Below, piece after piece: positions 33,425 to 43,185 of a DNA stretch of 49,012 nt. Numbering within the stretch: the first letter of the stretch is position 1; each line of letters begins with the position of its first letter. The stretch is from an uncultured bacterium (lineage in GTDB: Bacteria > Verrucomicrobiota > Kiritimatiellia > RFP12 > UBA1067). The notes beneath the pieces are model-generated. The model was not told where the DNA came from and made no database searches. It was given only the letters and a program-made list of their open reading frames with translations. The stretch spans positions 1-49,012 of the forward strand of contig CACWSW010000005.1 in NCBI GenBank assembly GCA_902763655.1, written 5' to 3'. The translations under genes and the position numbers were made by a program.

Positions 33425-34264
33425 ATGATGAAGCGAATCGGAGTTGTGTCGGTGATGTCGTTTTGCTGCGGGTTGGCCGCGTTTGCGGACCTCAAGATGC
33501 AGAACATAGCCCATCGCGGCATGTGGGACAAGGAGGTTCCGCAGAACACGGTGGAGGCCATCAAGCGCGCGTACGACTCTGGCGCCACGTGGGTGGAGAC
33601 GGATTTCCACCATACGAAGGCCGGACAGATGGTGTGCATGCATGCGGACGGCGAGCTGAAGTCGTATACGGGCTGCACGAAGAAGGTCAGGGACCTCACG
33701 CCGGAGGACCTGGCGACGCTGAACCTCGGCACGCGGGACAAGTTGCAGAAGGTATACCGCATCCCGCTCCTGGACCAGGTGCTGGACGTCGTGCCGAAGC
33801 ACGGCGTGGTGCAGGCTGAGATCAAGGGCTATTCGCCGCAGTACGCCGACATATTCGACAAGGCGGTGAAGGCGCACGGTCTAACTGAGAAGAACATCGT
33901 GGTGTCGTCGTTCAACTACGATGCGCTGAAGGACTTCAAGGCGCGCTATCCGAAGTACCGCGCCGTGTGGCTGACCGGCCTTTCGAAGAAGAAGCCGTTC
34001 GCAGTCCAGGACTACATCGCGAAGTGCAAGGCGGCGAACATCGAGGTGTTCTGCCCGGGCTGCGGCTCCACGAAGGGCGTCATGACGCCGGCCGACGCGG
34101 ACGCCGTGCGGGCGGCGGGCCTCGAGTTCCGCATGTTCGGCGTCAACTCGCTGAAGGATCTCGAGCAGGCCAAGGCCCTGGGCGCGGTGGGCTTCACCTG
34201 CAACCACTGGCTGAAGGCGTTCGAGTGGGCGAAGGAGATCGGCGGCGTGACGCTGTTGAAGTAG
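33425..34264 (+). CDS. glycerophosphodiester phosphodiesterase family protein
   Basis: IAHRG, PQNT, VETDFH, HAD, AEIKG, VSSFN; signal peptide. Confidence 0.9.
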   Translation: MMKRIGVVSVMSFCCGLAAFADLKMQNIAHRGMWDKEVPQNTVEAIKRAYDSGATWVETDFHHTKAGQMVCMHADGELKSYTGCTKKVRDLTPEDLATLNLGTRDKLQKVYRIPLLDQVLDVVPKHGVVQAEIKGYSPQYADIFDKAVKAHGLTEKNIVVSSFNYDALKDFKARYPKYRAVWLTGLSKKKPFAVQDYIAKCKAANIEVFCPGCGSTKGVMTPADADAVRAAGLEFRMFGVNSLKDLEQAKALGAVGFTCNHWLKAFEWAKEIGGVTLLK

Positions 34265-34387
34265 ATTGCTTCGTTCCCTACTTTGTTCTATTTCCAACCC
34301 ATAGTCCTTGCATCAAGAATGACGGTTTCCGGAAAACGAGAAATGCGTCTCACCCTTGATTTCATTGGGCGAAACGCACTTTTAACA

Positions 34388-34463
<76 letters not shown>

Positions 34464-34486
34464 ACAGGGCGGGAAAAACAGGTGAC

Positions 34487-34515
34487 AGTATATCGTATCT
34501 GGCGGGCGAAAGCAA
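34487..34515 (-). promoter_or_regulatory. sigma70 promoter of tRNA-Ala
   Basis: Minus strand TTGCTT-17 bp-TATACT upstream of the tRNA. Confidence 0.65.
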
Positions 34516-34539
34516 GGGGTATTGCAAAAAATCTGCGAA

Positions 34540-35568
34540 TCAGGACTTCTTGGGCAAGGATGTGACCTGGCCCTCGGGCGGCAGATCGGCGCGTGACTTG
34601 CCGCATGCCGCGAGCACCTTGTCGGTAGTCTGGAAGTGCGCCTTGCAGTGGTTCATGAGCCATGTGGGGCCGTGCTTGCGCACCATCTCCTCCGCCATCT
34701 GGCGCACGCGAGGGTCGCTGCTGCCGCGCGGGATCATGTCGAGCGGCACCTTGTCGACGGGGATTGGCCCATCCTCCACGGCCATTGCGGCGATCGCGCG
34801 CAGGAACTGCTCGCGGGCGACGACGGACGCGGCGGCGACGGCGATGTCGTCCTCGGCGCGGTGACGCTGCTCCACCACGATCTTCTTGCCGCGTTCCTTC
34901 AGCGCGCGGCGGATGGTCGCCTCGGTGGGCGCGAACTGGTCGACAACCACCTTCGGGCAGGCCTGCTGCTTCTCCAGCAGCTCCTCGATGCATGTGCCGT
35001 GCGCCCACGCGAGCAGGCGGTTGATGTTCTTGATCTTCGCGTAGAGTCGGTTGTATGCGGCGGGGCCGATCTTCACGACCGCATAGCGGTTCGGGCCGAG
35101 GAGCTGGCGAAGCCTGGCGCCGACCGTCATCACGGCCTTGTCCGTCATCTGCTTGCAGTCCTTGACGCCCATCTCGCGCATTTCCTTCGAGAGCGTCTCG
35201 TCCGTGTAGCAGCACGCCACCACGAGCGGGCCGAAGTAGTCGCCCTTGCCGGACTCGTCGCTTCCTCCGTGCGCGGAGCTGCGGCCCGGGTCCAGCACGT
35301 CCTCGTAGCCGACGGTCGCGACGCCAAGCACGTTCGGCTCGAGGAAGAACTCCACGAAGTCCTGCGCCTTCGAGCCCTGGATGCAGAGCTTGCGGCGACC
35401 ATGCTTCTCCTTCTGGTACAGGGCGCAGTTGAAGCCGTCGCCCTCGACGGCGACCATGGAGTAGGGGACGGTGCGCGGGCGGTAGTTGCCTACGGCCAGC
35501 ATGGCGAGCAGCTTTTCCTGCTGCTCGGCGTCCAGCTCGTATGTGAAGGATGTCTTGGGTGTCGGCAT
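34540..35568 (-). CDS. rnhC: ribonuclease HIII
   Basis: N-terminal TBP-like domain (LCIQGS), GSDESGKGDYFGPLVV, GVKDCK, VVVDQF, HRAE..IAVAAASVVAR, KAHF. Confidence 0.9.
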   Translation of the reverse strand: MPTPKTSFTYELDAEQQEKLLAMLAVGNYRPRTVPYSMVAVEGDGFNCALYQKEKHGRRKLCIQGSKAQDFVEFFLEPNVLGVATVGYEDVLDPGRSSAHGGSDESGKGDYFGPLVVACCYTDETLSKEMREMGVKDCKQMTDKAVMTVGARLRQLLGPNRYAVVKIGPAAYNRLYAKIKNINRLLAWAHGTCIEELLEKQQACPKVVVDQFAPTEATIRRALKERGKKIVVEQRHRAEDDIAVAAASVVAREQFLRAIAAMAVEDGPIPVDKVPLDMIPRGSSDPRVRQMAEEMVRKHGPTWLMNHCKAHFQTTDKVLAACGKSRADLPPEGQVTSLPKKS

Positions 35569-35727
35569 GCGGGAAGTATAGCACACGCGCTCTCCGCCCG
35601 CAACGGCAATGACAGGTCTAGCGATCATGGATTGATTGTGTCATAATTGATTGTATCATATTTGAATGGACTGGGTGCGGGAAGATGTAATAGAATATGC
35701 GCAAAGCAAGCAACGCAAGGAGAGTTT

Positions 35728-38043
35728 ATGGACAATCTGACAAAGGGCGGTTTTACGCGAATCCGCATGAATCTTGCCGTGTTCTGTAGCGCGGTAGCGC
35801 TATGCGCGATTGCGGGGGGCGCGGCGGCTTCCGATCTGCTAGTTAGGTTCTGGCGGGAGAATGACGGCAAGACGGTTCGCCGCCTGCCGGTGGACGTGGT
35901 GCCGGAGAACGTGTTCTGGGGCTTTGGCACGCGCGATTTCCCGGATGGCCTGAAGGCATTCAGCCGGATGATCGACGAGAGTGTCGCAAGAAGCACCTAC
36001 AACTGCGTCACGCTCACGCTGCGCTGCAACCCGGAGCTCGGCGACCCTGAGACGATGGCCGCCGCCAAGGCGGTCAACGAAAAGGCCCATGCCGCCGGCA
36101 TCAAGGTGTACATGGACACGGATCCGCGCATCGCGCGCCGCGAGTTCCTCGCCCGCTGGCCGAAGGACATGCAGGGCATCGCGACCGTCGTCACCGCCGT
36201 GCCCACGAATGGCGTTGCCGCCTTCACGCACACGTTTAAGGATGCGACCGACCACATGACCGGCGGCGCGCGGAACTCGTACCGCCCGGTCTCGGCGCGC
36301 GTCGCAGCCGCGTTCGCCGTGCGGAGGCGCGCTGACGGGACGCTCGACCTCTCGAAGCGCCGCCCCGTGGATGTCTCGGCAGATGTTTCGGTGCAGAACC
36401 GGCGCGACCAGGGTGGCGGCGGATACATGGACCGTGCCGACGCCGTCGTGAAAGGAACGGCGACTGGTCTCGCCGCCGACGAGATGCTGGTCGCCACGCT
36501 CGAGTCCGACTACTTCTCCATCGACTTGTTCTCGACGCACATCATACCGTTTGCGCGCGAACTGATGGCGCGCTACAAGGCGCTTGGGGCGGACGGCGGC
36601 ATGCGCGACGAGTGGGGCTTCATTCCCGACCACGCTCCCAGTCTGCGCAAGTTCTGGTGGTCGCCGAACTTCGAGGCCGCCTATCGCGCCGCTTGCGGAC
36701 GGAGCCTGATGGACGACTTCCCGCTCATGGCCTTGGGCGCGAAGGGCGATGTTGTCCGTTCTGCAGCGATCGGCACGTTCATGAAGCTCGTTCTCGCCCG
36801 CAACGTCGAGATTGAGCGCGATTTCTACGAAACCGACAAGCGCCTCTTCGGCGCGGGCGTGTACGTGGCGAAGCACCCCACCTGGCACAGCGCCGTCTGT
36901 CCGCAGGAGTACTTCCACAACGGCCTCGACTGGTGGCAGGCCCCACGCGACTGGGCGCAGGGCGACGAGAACGCACCCATCTACGCGCTGAACGCGATGG
37001 CGAAGAAGTTCGGCGGGCCGGTCTGGCTCAACGAGGGCTACACCGCCACGCCCGAGCGCAACGTCTTCCGCGTGTGGACGTACGCGATGTGCGGCGGCCG
37101 CCAGGTGTACCACGGCCTCTACAGCGGTAATGCCCAAGAGATGAAGAAATACAACGAGATGCCCTGGGAAGATCGCCGCGTGCGCACGGCCACCGACCTC
37201 CTCGCGCCGGGCAACGTCACGGCGCAGACGCGCGTGCGCCTGCCGAACCTCATTTCCCGCGCGCAGGTGGATTCCCCCGTCGCCTACGTGTTCGGGCACG
37301 AGCGGCTCGTGGACTGGAGCGGCGACGGCTGGAATGACCACGGCAAGTGGAAAATCCTCGCGCTGATGTCGCAGGGCTGGTGGTGCGACGCCTATCCGGC
37401 CAGCGAATGCAGTCTCGGGACGTTCACTGTCGATGCCGAAGGCTACTTGCGCGTCGGCCAGCAGCGCTACCTGGCTGTAATGCTCCACAACCTGAGCACA
37501 GGCGAGAAGGACGCCTTTGACGCAATCGTGAAGGGACACACCATCAAGACACGCATCCTTGGCGGCGACGAGGACAAGGCGGTCGCCGACTATCTGCAGC
37601 AGGTAGGCGCCGTGCGCCAGCCGCTCGTGAAGGGCGTAACGAAGGCCGGCCACGTCTATCCCGAGCCGGATGGAACCTTGCACCTCATCGACGGGACGGC
37701 TATCCGCATCCGCGCCGATTGGGAGCATCCGCGCGGATTGCCTATCGCGGAGGCGATGGAGTCGAACGGCGTGAAGGTTGAGGTTGAAGCGGAAGGGCTG
37801 GCAGCAGTCCGTGCCGAGAACGGACAGGTGACGGCGCTTGCCGCAGGTGGCCTTAGGCGCGTGGCAGGTCCGGGGCTCGCCCTGGCGCTCGACCGTCCAG
37901 AGGATGTCGTGCTCCTGAAGATCGACGGCGAATGGCACGGCATCTGGCAGACGGCCGACGCTAACGGCCCTATCCCCGCTCCGCTTGCCGCAATCGCTAC
38001 GCATTGGATGCGCCTTATCCTGCCGCCGCACCTCGCTCGCTGA
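35728..38043 (+). CDS. secreted hypothetical protein (possible uncharacterised glycoside hydrolase-like TIM barrel)
   Basis: Long ORF with host codon usage; SD AAGGAG before ATG 35728; signal-like segment; GGMRDEWGF and Trp-rich motifs. No family recognised. Confidence 0.6.
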   Translation: MDNLTKGGFTRIRMNLAVFCSAVALCAIAGGAAASDLLVRFWRENDGKTVRRLPVDVVPENVFWGFGTRDFPDGLKAFSRMIDESVARSTYNCVTLTLRCNPELGDPETMAAAKAVNEKAHAAGIKVYMDTDPRIARREFLARWPKDMQGIATVVTAVPTNGVAAFTHTFKDATDHMTGGARNSYRPVSARVAAAFAVRRRADGTLDLSKRRPVDVSADVSVQNRRDQGGGGYMDRADAVVKGTATGLAADEMLVATLESDYFSIDLFSTHIIPFARELMARYKALGADGGMRDEWGFIPDHAPSLRKFWWSPNFEAAYRAACGRSLMDDFPLMALGAKGDVVRSAAIGTFMKLVLARNVEIERDFYETDKRLFGAGVYVAKHPTWHSAVCPQEYFHNGLDWWQAPRDWAQGDENAPIYALNAMAKKFGGPVWLNEGYTATPERNVFRVWTYAMCGGRQVYHGLYSGNAQEMKKYNEMPWEDRRVRTATDLLAPGNVTAQTRVRLPNLISRAQVDSPVAYVFGHERLVDWSGDGWNDHGKWKILALMSQGWWCDAYPASECSLGTFTVDAEGYLRVGQQRYLAVMLHNLSTGEKDAFDAIVKGHTIKTRILGGDEDKAVADYLQQVGAVRQPLVKGVTKAGHVYPEPDGTLHLIDGTAIRIRADWEHPRGLPIAEAMESNGVKVEVEAEGLAAVRAENGQVTALAAGGLRRVAGPGLALALDRPEDVVLLKIDGEWHGIWQTADANGPIPAPLAAIATHWMRLILPPHLAR

Positions 38044-38109
38044 CGTTTACTCGCCAAGCGGAGGTCTTGCTCCGGCCGCGAAAGGCCAATTTATGTTATA
38101 ATCTTTGGC

Positions 38110-39012
38110 GTGCTGAAGCCTGAAGAGAAATCCGGTCCTGCGGCGGTGCCAGGACGCACCGGCGGCATCTGGCGCCGGCTGCGCCTGGGCGGCAAGCTGT
38201 GCCTTGTCGTCATCGCGGCGTATTTCGCGCTCGCGGTGTACGGCGAGGTGCAGTACCGCGTGGCGAAGATGCGTGACGTGACGCCGTCGTACAACGTCGT
38301 CCACGAGGAGTTGCGCTACCAGCCGCCGTCGTGGGCGCATCCGATGGGGACGGACAACCTGGGGCGCGACGTGGCGCAGCGGCTCGTGCAGGGCGCGCGC
38401 ATATCTTTCCAGGTGGGCATCGTCACCTCGCTCATCGCCATCCCGATCGGCGTGCTGCTCGGTCTTCTTGGCGGATACTTCGGCGGCAAGACGGACTCGG
38501 TGGTGGTGTGGCTCTGCGCGACGGTTGCGTCGATGCCGGGCCTGCTCTTCATCCTCGCGATCTCGCTTGTGGTGGGGCAGGGGCTGGTCGGCATCTGGCT
38601 CGGCATAGGCCTCACGACGTGGGTGGGCGTGTGCCGAACGATCCGCGCCGAGGTCATCAAGCACCGCGACCGCGCCTACGTGCAGGCTGCGCGCGTCCTC
38701 GGATACTCGCACGCGCGCATCATGTTCAGGCACATTCTCCCGAACGTGGCGCACATCATCCTCATCCAGTTCTCCGTGCGCTTTCCCGGGGCCGTCTCGA
38801 CGGAAGTGTTCATATCCTTCCTCGGCATCGGCGTGCAGGGCGAGCCGAGCTGGGGCGTGATGATCAACAACGCGCGTCTGCGCCTGTGGCAGGGAGTGTG
38901 GTGGGAGATGACGTTCGTGACGCTCGCCATATTCGCGCTCGTCCTGGTGTTCAACCACCTGGCCGATGAGCTGCGCGACATCCTCGACCCTGCGCTGAGG
39001 AATGAGGGTTGA
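38110..39012 (+). CDS. ABC transporter permease, DppC/OppC family
   Basis: HPMGTDNLGRD, GARIS, YVQAARVLG..IMFRHILPN (EAA loop), SFLGIG..PSWG. Confidence 0.9.
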   Translation: MLKPEEKSGPAAVPGRTGGIWRRLRLGGKLCLVVIAAYFALAVYGEVQYRVAKMRDVTPSYNVVHEELRYQPPSWAHPMGTDNLGRDVAQRLVQGARISFQVGIVTSLIAIPIGVLLGLLGGYFGGKTDSVVVWLCATVASMPGLLFILAISLVVGQGLVGIWLGIGLTTWVGVCRTIRAEVIKHRDRAYVQAARVLGYSHARIMFRHILPNVAHIILIQFSVRFPGAVSTEVFISFLGIGVQGEPSWGVMINNARLRLWQGVWWEMTFVTLAIFALVLVFNHLADELRDILDPALRNEG

Positions 39013-39037
39013 GAGGTTGAGGTGTTGAGGTGTTGAG

Positions 39038-39502
39038 ATGAGAAATGATCTGAATAAACTGAAGGCGCTGGGGAACAGCGTGAAGGGGACGGGCGACTAC
39101 GACGCGTCGATCCTGGAGGCGTTCGCGAACAGGCATCCGGAAAGAGACTACTGGGTGACGTTTACTTGTCCGGAGTTCACGACGCTCTGCCCGAAGACGG
39201 GCCAACCGGACTTCGCGACGCTCACTATCCGCTACATACCGTCGAAGCTGCTGGTTGAGTCGAAGTCGCTCAAGCTGTACCTGTTCGGATTCCGCAACCA
39301 TGGCGATTTCCACGAGGACGTGGTGAACGTGATCTACGACGATCTCGTGAAGCTCCTCAAGCCGAGGTACATGGAGGTGATCGGCAAGTTCGCCGCGCGC
39401 GGCGGCATCTCGATCGACCCGTTCGTGAACGGCGGCACTGGGACGAAGTACAAGGCGCTCGCGGCCGCGCGCTTCGCGTCTTGGAACGGAGTGAGGGGCT
39501 AG
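39038..39502 (+). CDS. queF: NADPH-dependent 7-cyano-7-deazaguanine reductase (preQ1 synthase), unimodular type
   Basis: [15 protein letters not shown] with the catalytic Cys/Asp, QueF motif [20 protein letters not shown]. Confidence 0.95.
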   Translation: MRNDLNKLKALGNSVKGTGDYDASILEAFANRHPERDYWVTFTCPEFTTLCPKTGQPDFATLTIRYIPSKLLVESKSLKLYLFGFRNHGDFHEDVVNVIYDDLVKLLKPRYMEVIGKFAARGGISIDPFVNGGTGTKYKALAAARFASWNGVRG

Positions 39503-39504
39503 GC

Positions 39505-40851
39505 ATGGACGAAGCGATACTCAAGGAGTATTTCGAGCTTCTGCGCTTCCCGACCGTCGGGGCGGAGCCGAGGCGCCTGCGCGACTGCGTGGACTGCGCG
39601 ATGTGGATAAAGAAATGGTTGGCGCAGCTCGGCTTCAAGGGCGAGCTCATGCAGGCGCCGGGAATGCTCGGCACGCCGCCAATCCTCTTCGCGGAGCGCA
39701 AGGGCGGCGAGCATGCGCCGACCGTGCTCTTCTACGGCCACTACGACGTGCAGCCGCCGGATCCGCTGGAGGAGTGGGAGACGCCGCCGTTCGAGCCGAC
39801 GCTTAAGGACGACGGGCGCGTCTACGCGCGCGGCGCGCAGGACGACAAGGGACAGTGGTTCTCGTTCCTGTGCGGGCTCAGGAAGCTGGTGGAGTCCGGC
39901 GCGACGCTTCCGACGATGAAGGTCGTGCTGGAGGGCCAGGAGGAGAGCGGCAGCACTGCGCTCGCCGCGCTTGCGCCAACGATCAAGGACCGCCTGCGCG
40001 CGGACGTGCTGCTCGTGTGCGACACGAGCGCGGCGGCAGACCTGCGCCCGGCGATCGTCGCCGGCCTGCGCGGCGTCAGCCACTTCACCATACGCCTCGA
40101 GGCCGCCAGCCATGACCTCCATTCCGGCGAGTTCGGCGGCATCGCGCCGAATCCGGCGCAGGGGATGGCGGAGCTGATCGCGAGCCTGCATGCGCCTGAC
40201 GGCTCGATCGCGGTGCGCGGCTTCTGCGACGGCGTGGAGCCGCCGACGGACGAGGAACGCGCGGCGGCGGAGTCGGCCGCGATGAGCGACGAGCGCTACG
40301 AGGCCGAGATGGGATGTCCGCCCGTGGGAGGCGAGGCGGGCCTCACGCCGACAGAGCGCAACTCCTTCCGTCCGACCATCGAGGTGAACGGCATCCATAC
40401 GGGCTACGGCGGTCCGGGATCCAAGACGGTGATTCCCGCCTCGGCGCTCGCGAAGATCTCGATGCGCCTCGTGCCGGGGCAGCGTCCGGACGAGGCGATG
40501 GCGTGCGTGGAGCGTCACCTGCGGCAGCATACGCCGCGCGGGATGCGTCTCTTCGTTGAGGACTTGACCGGCGAGGCGGCAGGGTTCCGCCTCCCGCTAG
40601 CCTCGCCTGTGTTCAGGCTGGCGGCGGCGGCGCTGGAGGAGATGGATCCGCGCGGGCCGGTGTTCCAGTGGGACGGCGCGTCGATTCCGGTGGTGTCGGC
40701 GCTGCGGCAGTGCAGCGGCGCGGCGCCGCTACTCGTGGGCTGGGGACAGCCGCAGGACCGCATCCATTCGCCGAACGAGTCGTACGGTCTCGAGCAGTTC
40801 AAGCTCTCGATGGCGTGGGCAGAGAAGATACTTGCCATGCTTGCAGGGTGA
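39505..40851 (+). CDS. M20 family metallo-dipeptidase
   Basis: YGHYDVQP, YARGAQDDKG, EGQEESGS, HDLHSG, GSKTVIP, IHSPNE. Confidence 0.9.
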   Translation: MDEAILKEYFELLRFPTVGAEPRRLRDCVDCAMWIKKWLAQLGFKGELMQAPGMLGTPPILFAERKGGEHAPTVLFYGHYDVQPPDPLEEWETPPFEPTLKDDGRVYARGAQDDKGQWFSFLCGLRKLVESGATLPTMKVVLEGQEESGSTALAALAPTIKDRLRADVLLVCDTSAAADLRPAIVAGLRGVSHFTIRLEAASHDLHSGEFGGIAPNPAQGMAELIASLHAPDGSIAVRGFCDGVEPPTDEERAAAESAAMSDERYEAEMGCPPVGGEAGLTPTERNSFRPTIEVNGIHTGYGGPGSKTVIPASALAKISMRLVPGQRPDEAMACVERHLRQHTPRGMRLFVEDLTGEAAGFRLPLASPVFRLAAAALEEMDPRGPVFQWDGASIPVVSALRQCSGAAPLLVGWGQPQDRIHSPNESYGLEQFKLSMAWAEKILAMLAG

Positions 40852-40905
40852 GTGGCTAGTGGTTGGTTGCTAGTGGCTGATGGCTTGTCGGCAGGAGGTT
40901 GGCAG

Positions 40906-43083
40906 ATGGCATGTAGAAAGATGTATGCGTTTGTGGCGGTTGCGTTGACGATGATGGCGTTTGGACGAGGGGCGGCGTTCGAGCCGGCAATGAAGGGCGA
41001 GGTGTCGATCACCGGGCCGGCGACCGCGCGCGTGGACAACAAGCGCATCGCGCGCGACATGCCGATTCGGCGCGACATGACGGCCGTCAAATCCTTCCGC
41101 TTCGACATGCGCATTTCGAATCCGGCCGACTTCTCCGCCTACATCTGTTACTTCAAGAGCGGCGGCGGCTGGTACAAGGCCTCGCTTGAGCTGCCCGAAG
41201 ACGCCGCTCCGGGCGGCTGGTACCCGATGACGGTTACCACGAAGGACACGGAAGTAGAAGGAAAGCCGGACGGGTGGAAGAACGTGGAGGCCGTGCGCAT
41301 CGCGGGGTACCGCGCGACGACGAATGCGGTCTCCCTCACGTTGCGCAACATCGGGTTTGATGTGACGAAGCCGGAGGCGTATGTGGTGCAGGGCCGCGCA
41401 AGCAAGACAGACGACGGCAGCCGGCACGCGGGCATCTTCGCGCAGGCGCTTGAGAATATCGACGTTGAGGTGCGGCAGGTGTCCGAGGCCGATGTGGTGC
41501 CGGGGCTCTTCGACGGCGCCGCGTTCGTGGTGCTGCCGTTCAATCCGCAGATGAAGCCGGAGGCGTGCGCAGTGGTGGAGGCGTTCGTCAAAAAGGGCGG
41601 CAAGCTGTTCGCGTGCTACGGGCAGCCGCCGTCGATCATGGGACTCCTCGGAGTCGCCGTGAAGGGGAGCGCCTACCGTCCGTCGGACGGCGGCAACAGC
41701 AACCTGCTAGGTTTCGCGAAGGCTGGCGCGGGGCTTCCCGGTCAGCCCGACTTCCTCGCCCAGGCATCGTGGATGTGCCGCGTGGTGAAGCCGCTTGCGG
41801 GGGCCGAGGTGGCCGCGTTCTGGCGGACGCAGGACGGAAAGACCACGGACATGCCGGGGCTCGTCGTCTCGCCCAACGGCGCCTACCTCTCGCACGTGTG
41901 GCTGAATCCGGGCTCGCCGGAGTCGAGCGTCTTCCTCATGGCGGTGGTCGACCGTCTCAAGCCGGGCGTGCGCGCGCGGTTCGAGGCGCGGCTTGCGGCG
42001 GAGCGCGCGGAGGAGGCACGCATGCTCGCGGCCACGCGCGCGATGCCGTCGCGCGCCGGGGAGCGGCGTCTCATCTGGTGCCACTCGGCGTGGGGTCTCG
42101 GCGGCACGAACGACTGGGATTCCACCTGCCGGTTCCTGCAGAAGAACGGCTTCACGGACCTCGTGGTGAACCTTGCGTGGGGTGGCTATACCTACTATCC
42201 CTCGAAGGTGCTGCCGCAGGCGGAGACGGAACGGGGCGACGCGTTGGAGCAGTGCCGCGCCGCGTGCCGGAAGTACGGCATCAAGATGCACGTGTGGAAA
42301 GTGTGCTGGAAGATGGGGCGCGCGGTGTCGCCCGAGTTCGTGCAGGCGGCTAAGGACGCGGGGCGCGTGCAGCGGACGCGCGGCGGCGAGGTGAACGACG
42401 ATCTGTGGAACTGTCCGTCGGATCCGTACAGCCAGCAGCTCGAGATCGACGCGATGGTGGAGCTCGCGCTCGAGAAGAAGGTGGACGGCATCCACTTCGA
42501 CTACATCCGCTATCCCGGTTCGAATTGCTGCTTCTGCGACGGATGCCGGAAGCGCTTCGAGGCGAAGCTGGGGCGTCCGGTGGCCAACTGGCCGAAGGAC
42601 ACGCAGTCCGACGAGGCCGTGGCGTCCGCGTGGTCGGCCTTCCGCCGCGACAACATCACGCACGTGGTGAAGACCGTGCACGACCGCGTGCGTGCGGCGG
42701 GTTCGCGCGTGGAGATATCCGCTGCCGTCTTCCGCGACCCGGTGCGGGATCCCGAGACGGTGGGGCAGGACTGGCTGCGCTGGTGCGCGGAGGGGTGGCT
42801 CGACTTCGTGTGCCCGATGGACTACATGAAGAGTCCGCGCCGCTACGCGGAGCGGATCGCGCGCCAGCACGCCGCGCTGAAGGAGGCGGGCTCGAAGGCT
42901 AAGTTCTATCCGGGGATGGCGATCATGTGCTCGCATTTCAACCGTTCTCTGTCCCCTCTCACGGTCGCGCAGGAGATCGCCGCCGTGCGCGCGGAGGGGC
43001 TGGAGGGTTTCACGCTCTTCGCGCTCTCGCGTACCGCCGAGAAGGTGCTGCCCGTCCTGCGGGAGGGGCCTCTCAGCGAGTAG
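40906..43083 (+). CDS. glycosyl hydrolase-like 10 (GHL10/DUF187) protein with N-terminal accessory domains
   Basis: YYPSKVLP, MHVW, VDGIHFDYIRYP, EISAAVF, GQDW, DFVCPMDY; SD AGGAGG before ATG 40906. Confidence 0.8.
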   Translation: MACRKMYAFVAVALTMMAFGRGAAFEPAMKGEVSITGPATARVDNKRIARDMPIRRDMTAVKSFRFDMRISNPADFSAYICYFKSGGGWYKASLELPEDAAPGGWYPMTVTTKDTEVEGKPDGWKNVEAVRIAGYRATTNAVSLTLRNIGFDVTKPEAYVVQGRASKTDDGSRHAGIFAQALENIDVEVRQVSEADVVPGLFDGAAFVVLPFNPQMKPEACAVVEAFVKKGGKLFACYGQPPSIMGLLGVAVKGSAYRPSDGGNSNLLGFAKAGAGLPGQPDFLAQASWMCRVVKPLAGAEVAAFWRTQDGKTTDMPGLVVSPNGAYLSHVWLNPGSPESSVFLMAVVDRLKPGVRARFEARLAAERAEEARMLAATRAMPSRAGERRLIWCHSAWGLGGTNDWDSTCRFLQKNGFTDLVVNLAWGGYTYYPSKVLPQAETERGDALEQCRAACRKYGIKMHVWKVCWKMGRAVSPEFVQAAKDAGRVQRTRGGEVNDDLWNCPSDPYSQQLEIDAMVELALEKKVDGIHFDYIRYPGSNCCFCDGCRKRFEAKLGRPVANWPKDTQSDEAVASAWSAFRRDNITHVVKTVHDRVRAAGSRVEISAAVFRDPVRDPETVGQDWLRWCAEGWLDFVCPMDYMKSPRRYAERIARQHAALKEAGSKAKFYPGMAIMCSHFNRSLSPLTVAQEIAAVRAEGLEGFTLFALSRTAEKVLPVLREGPLSE

Positions 43084-43185
43084 GCAGCCCCATGTTTAGG
43101 CTTGCCCTTGGACGCAAGATAGACTAAAATGCTCGCCGTCCATCTAGTATTCAGACATTTGACAAGAAACAAAGGAGATTCAACA

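Noticed and set aside
39003-39037. preQ1 riboswitch upstream of queF
   Set aside because: The 25-bp intergenic region is just an octamer repeat; no preQ1 stem or A-rich tail.
39038-39502. queF as part of a 7-deazaguanine DNA-modification (dpd) system
   Set aside because: No dpdA/tgt, queC/D/E or folE nearby; host-like codon usage in a housekeeping context.
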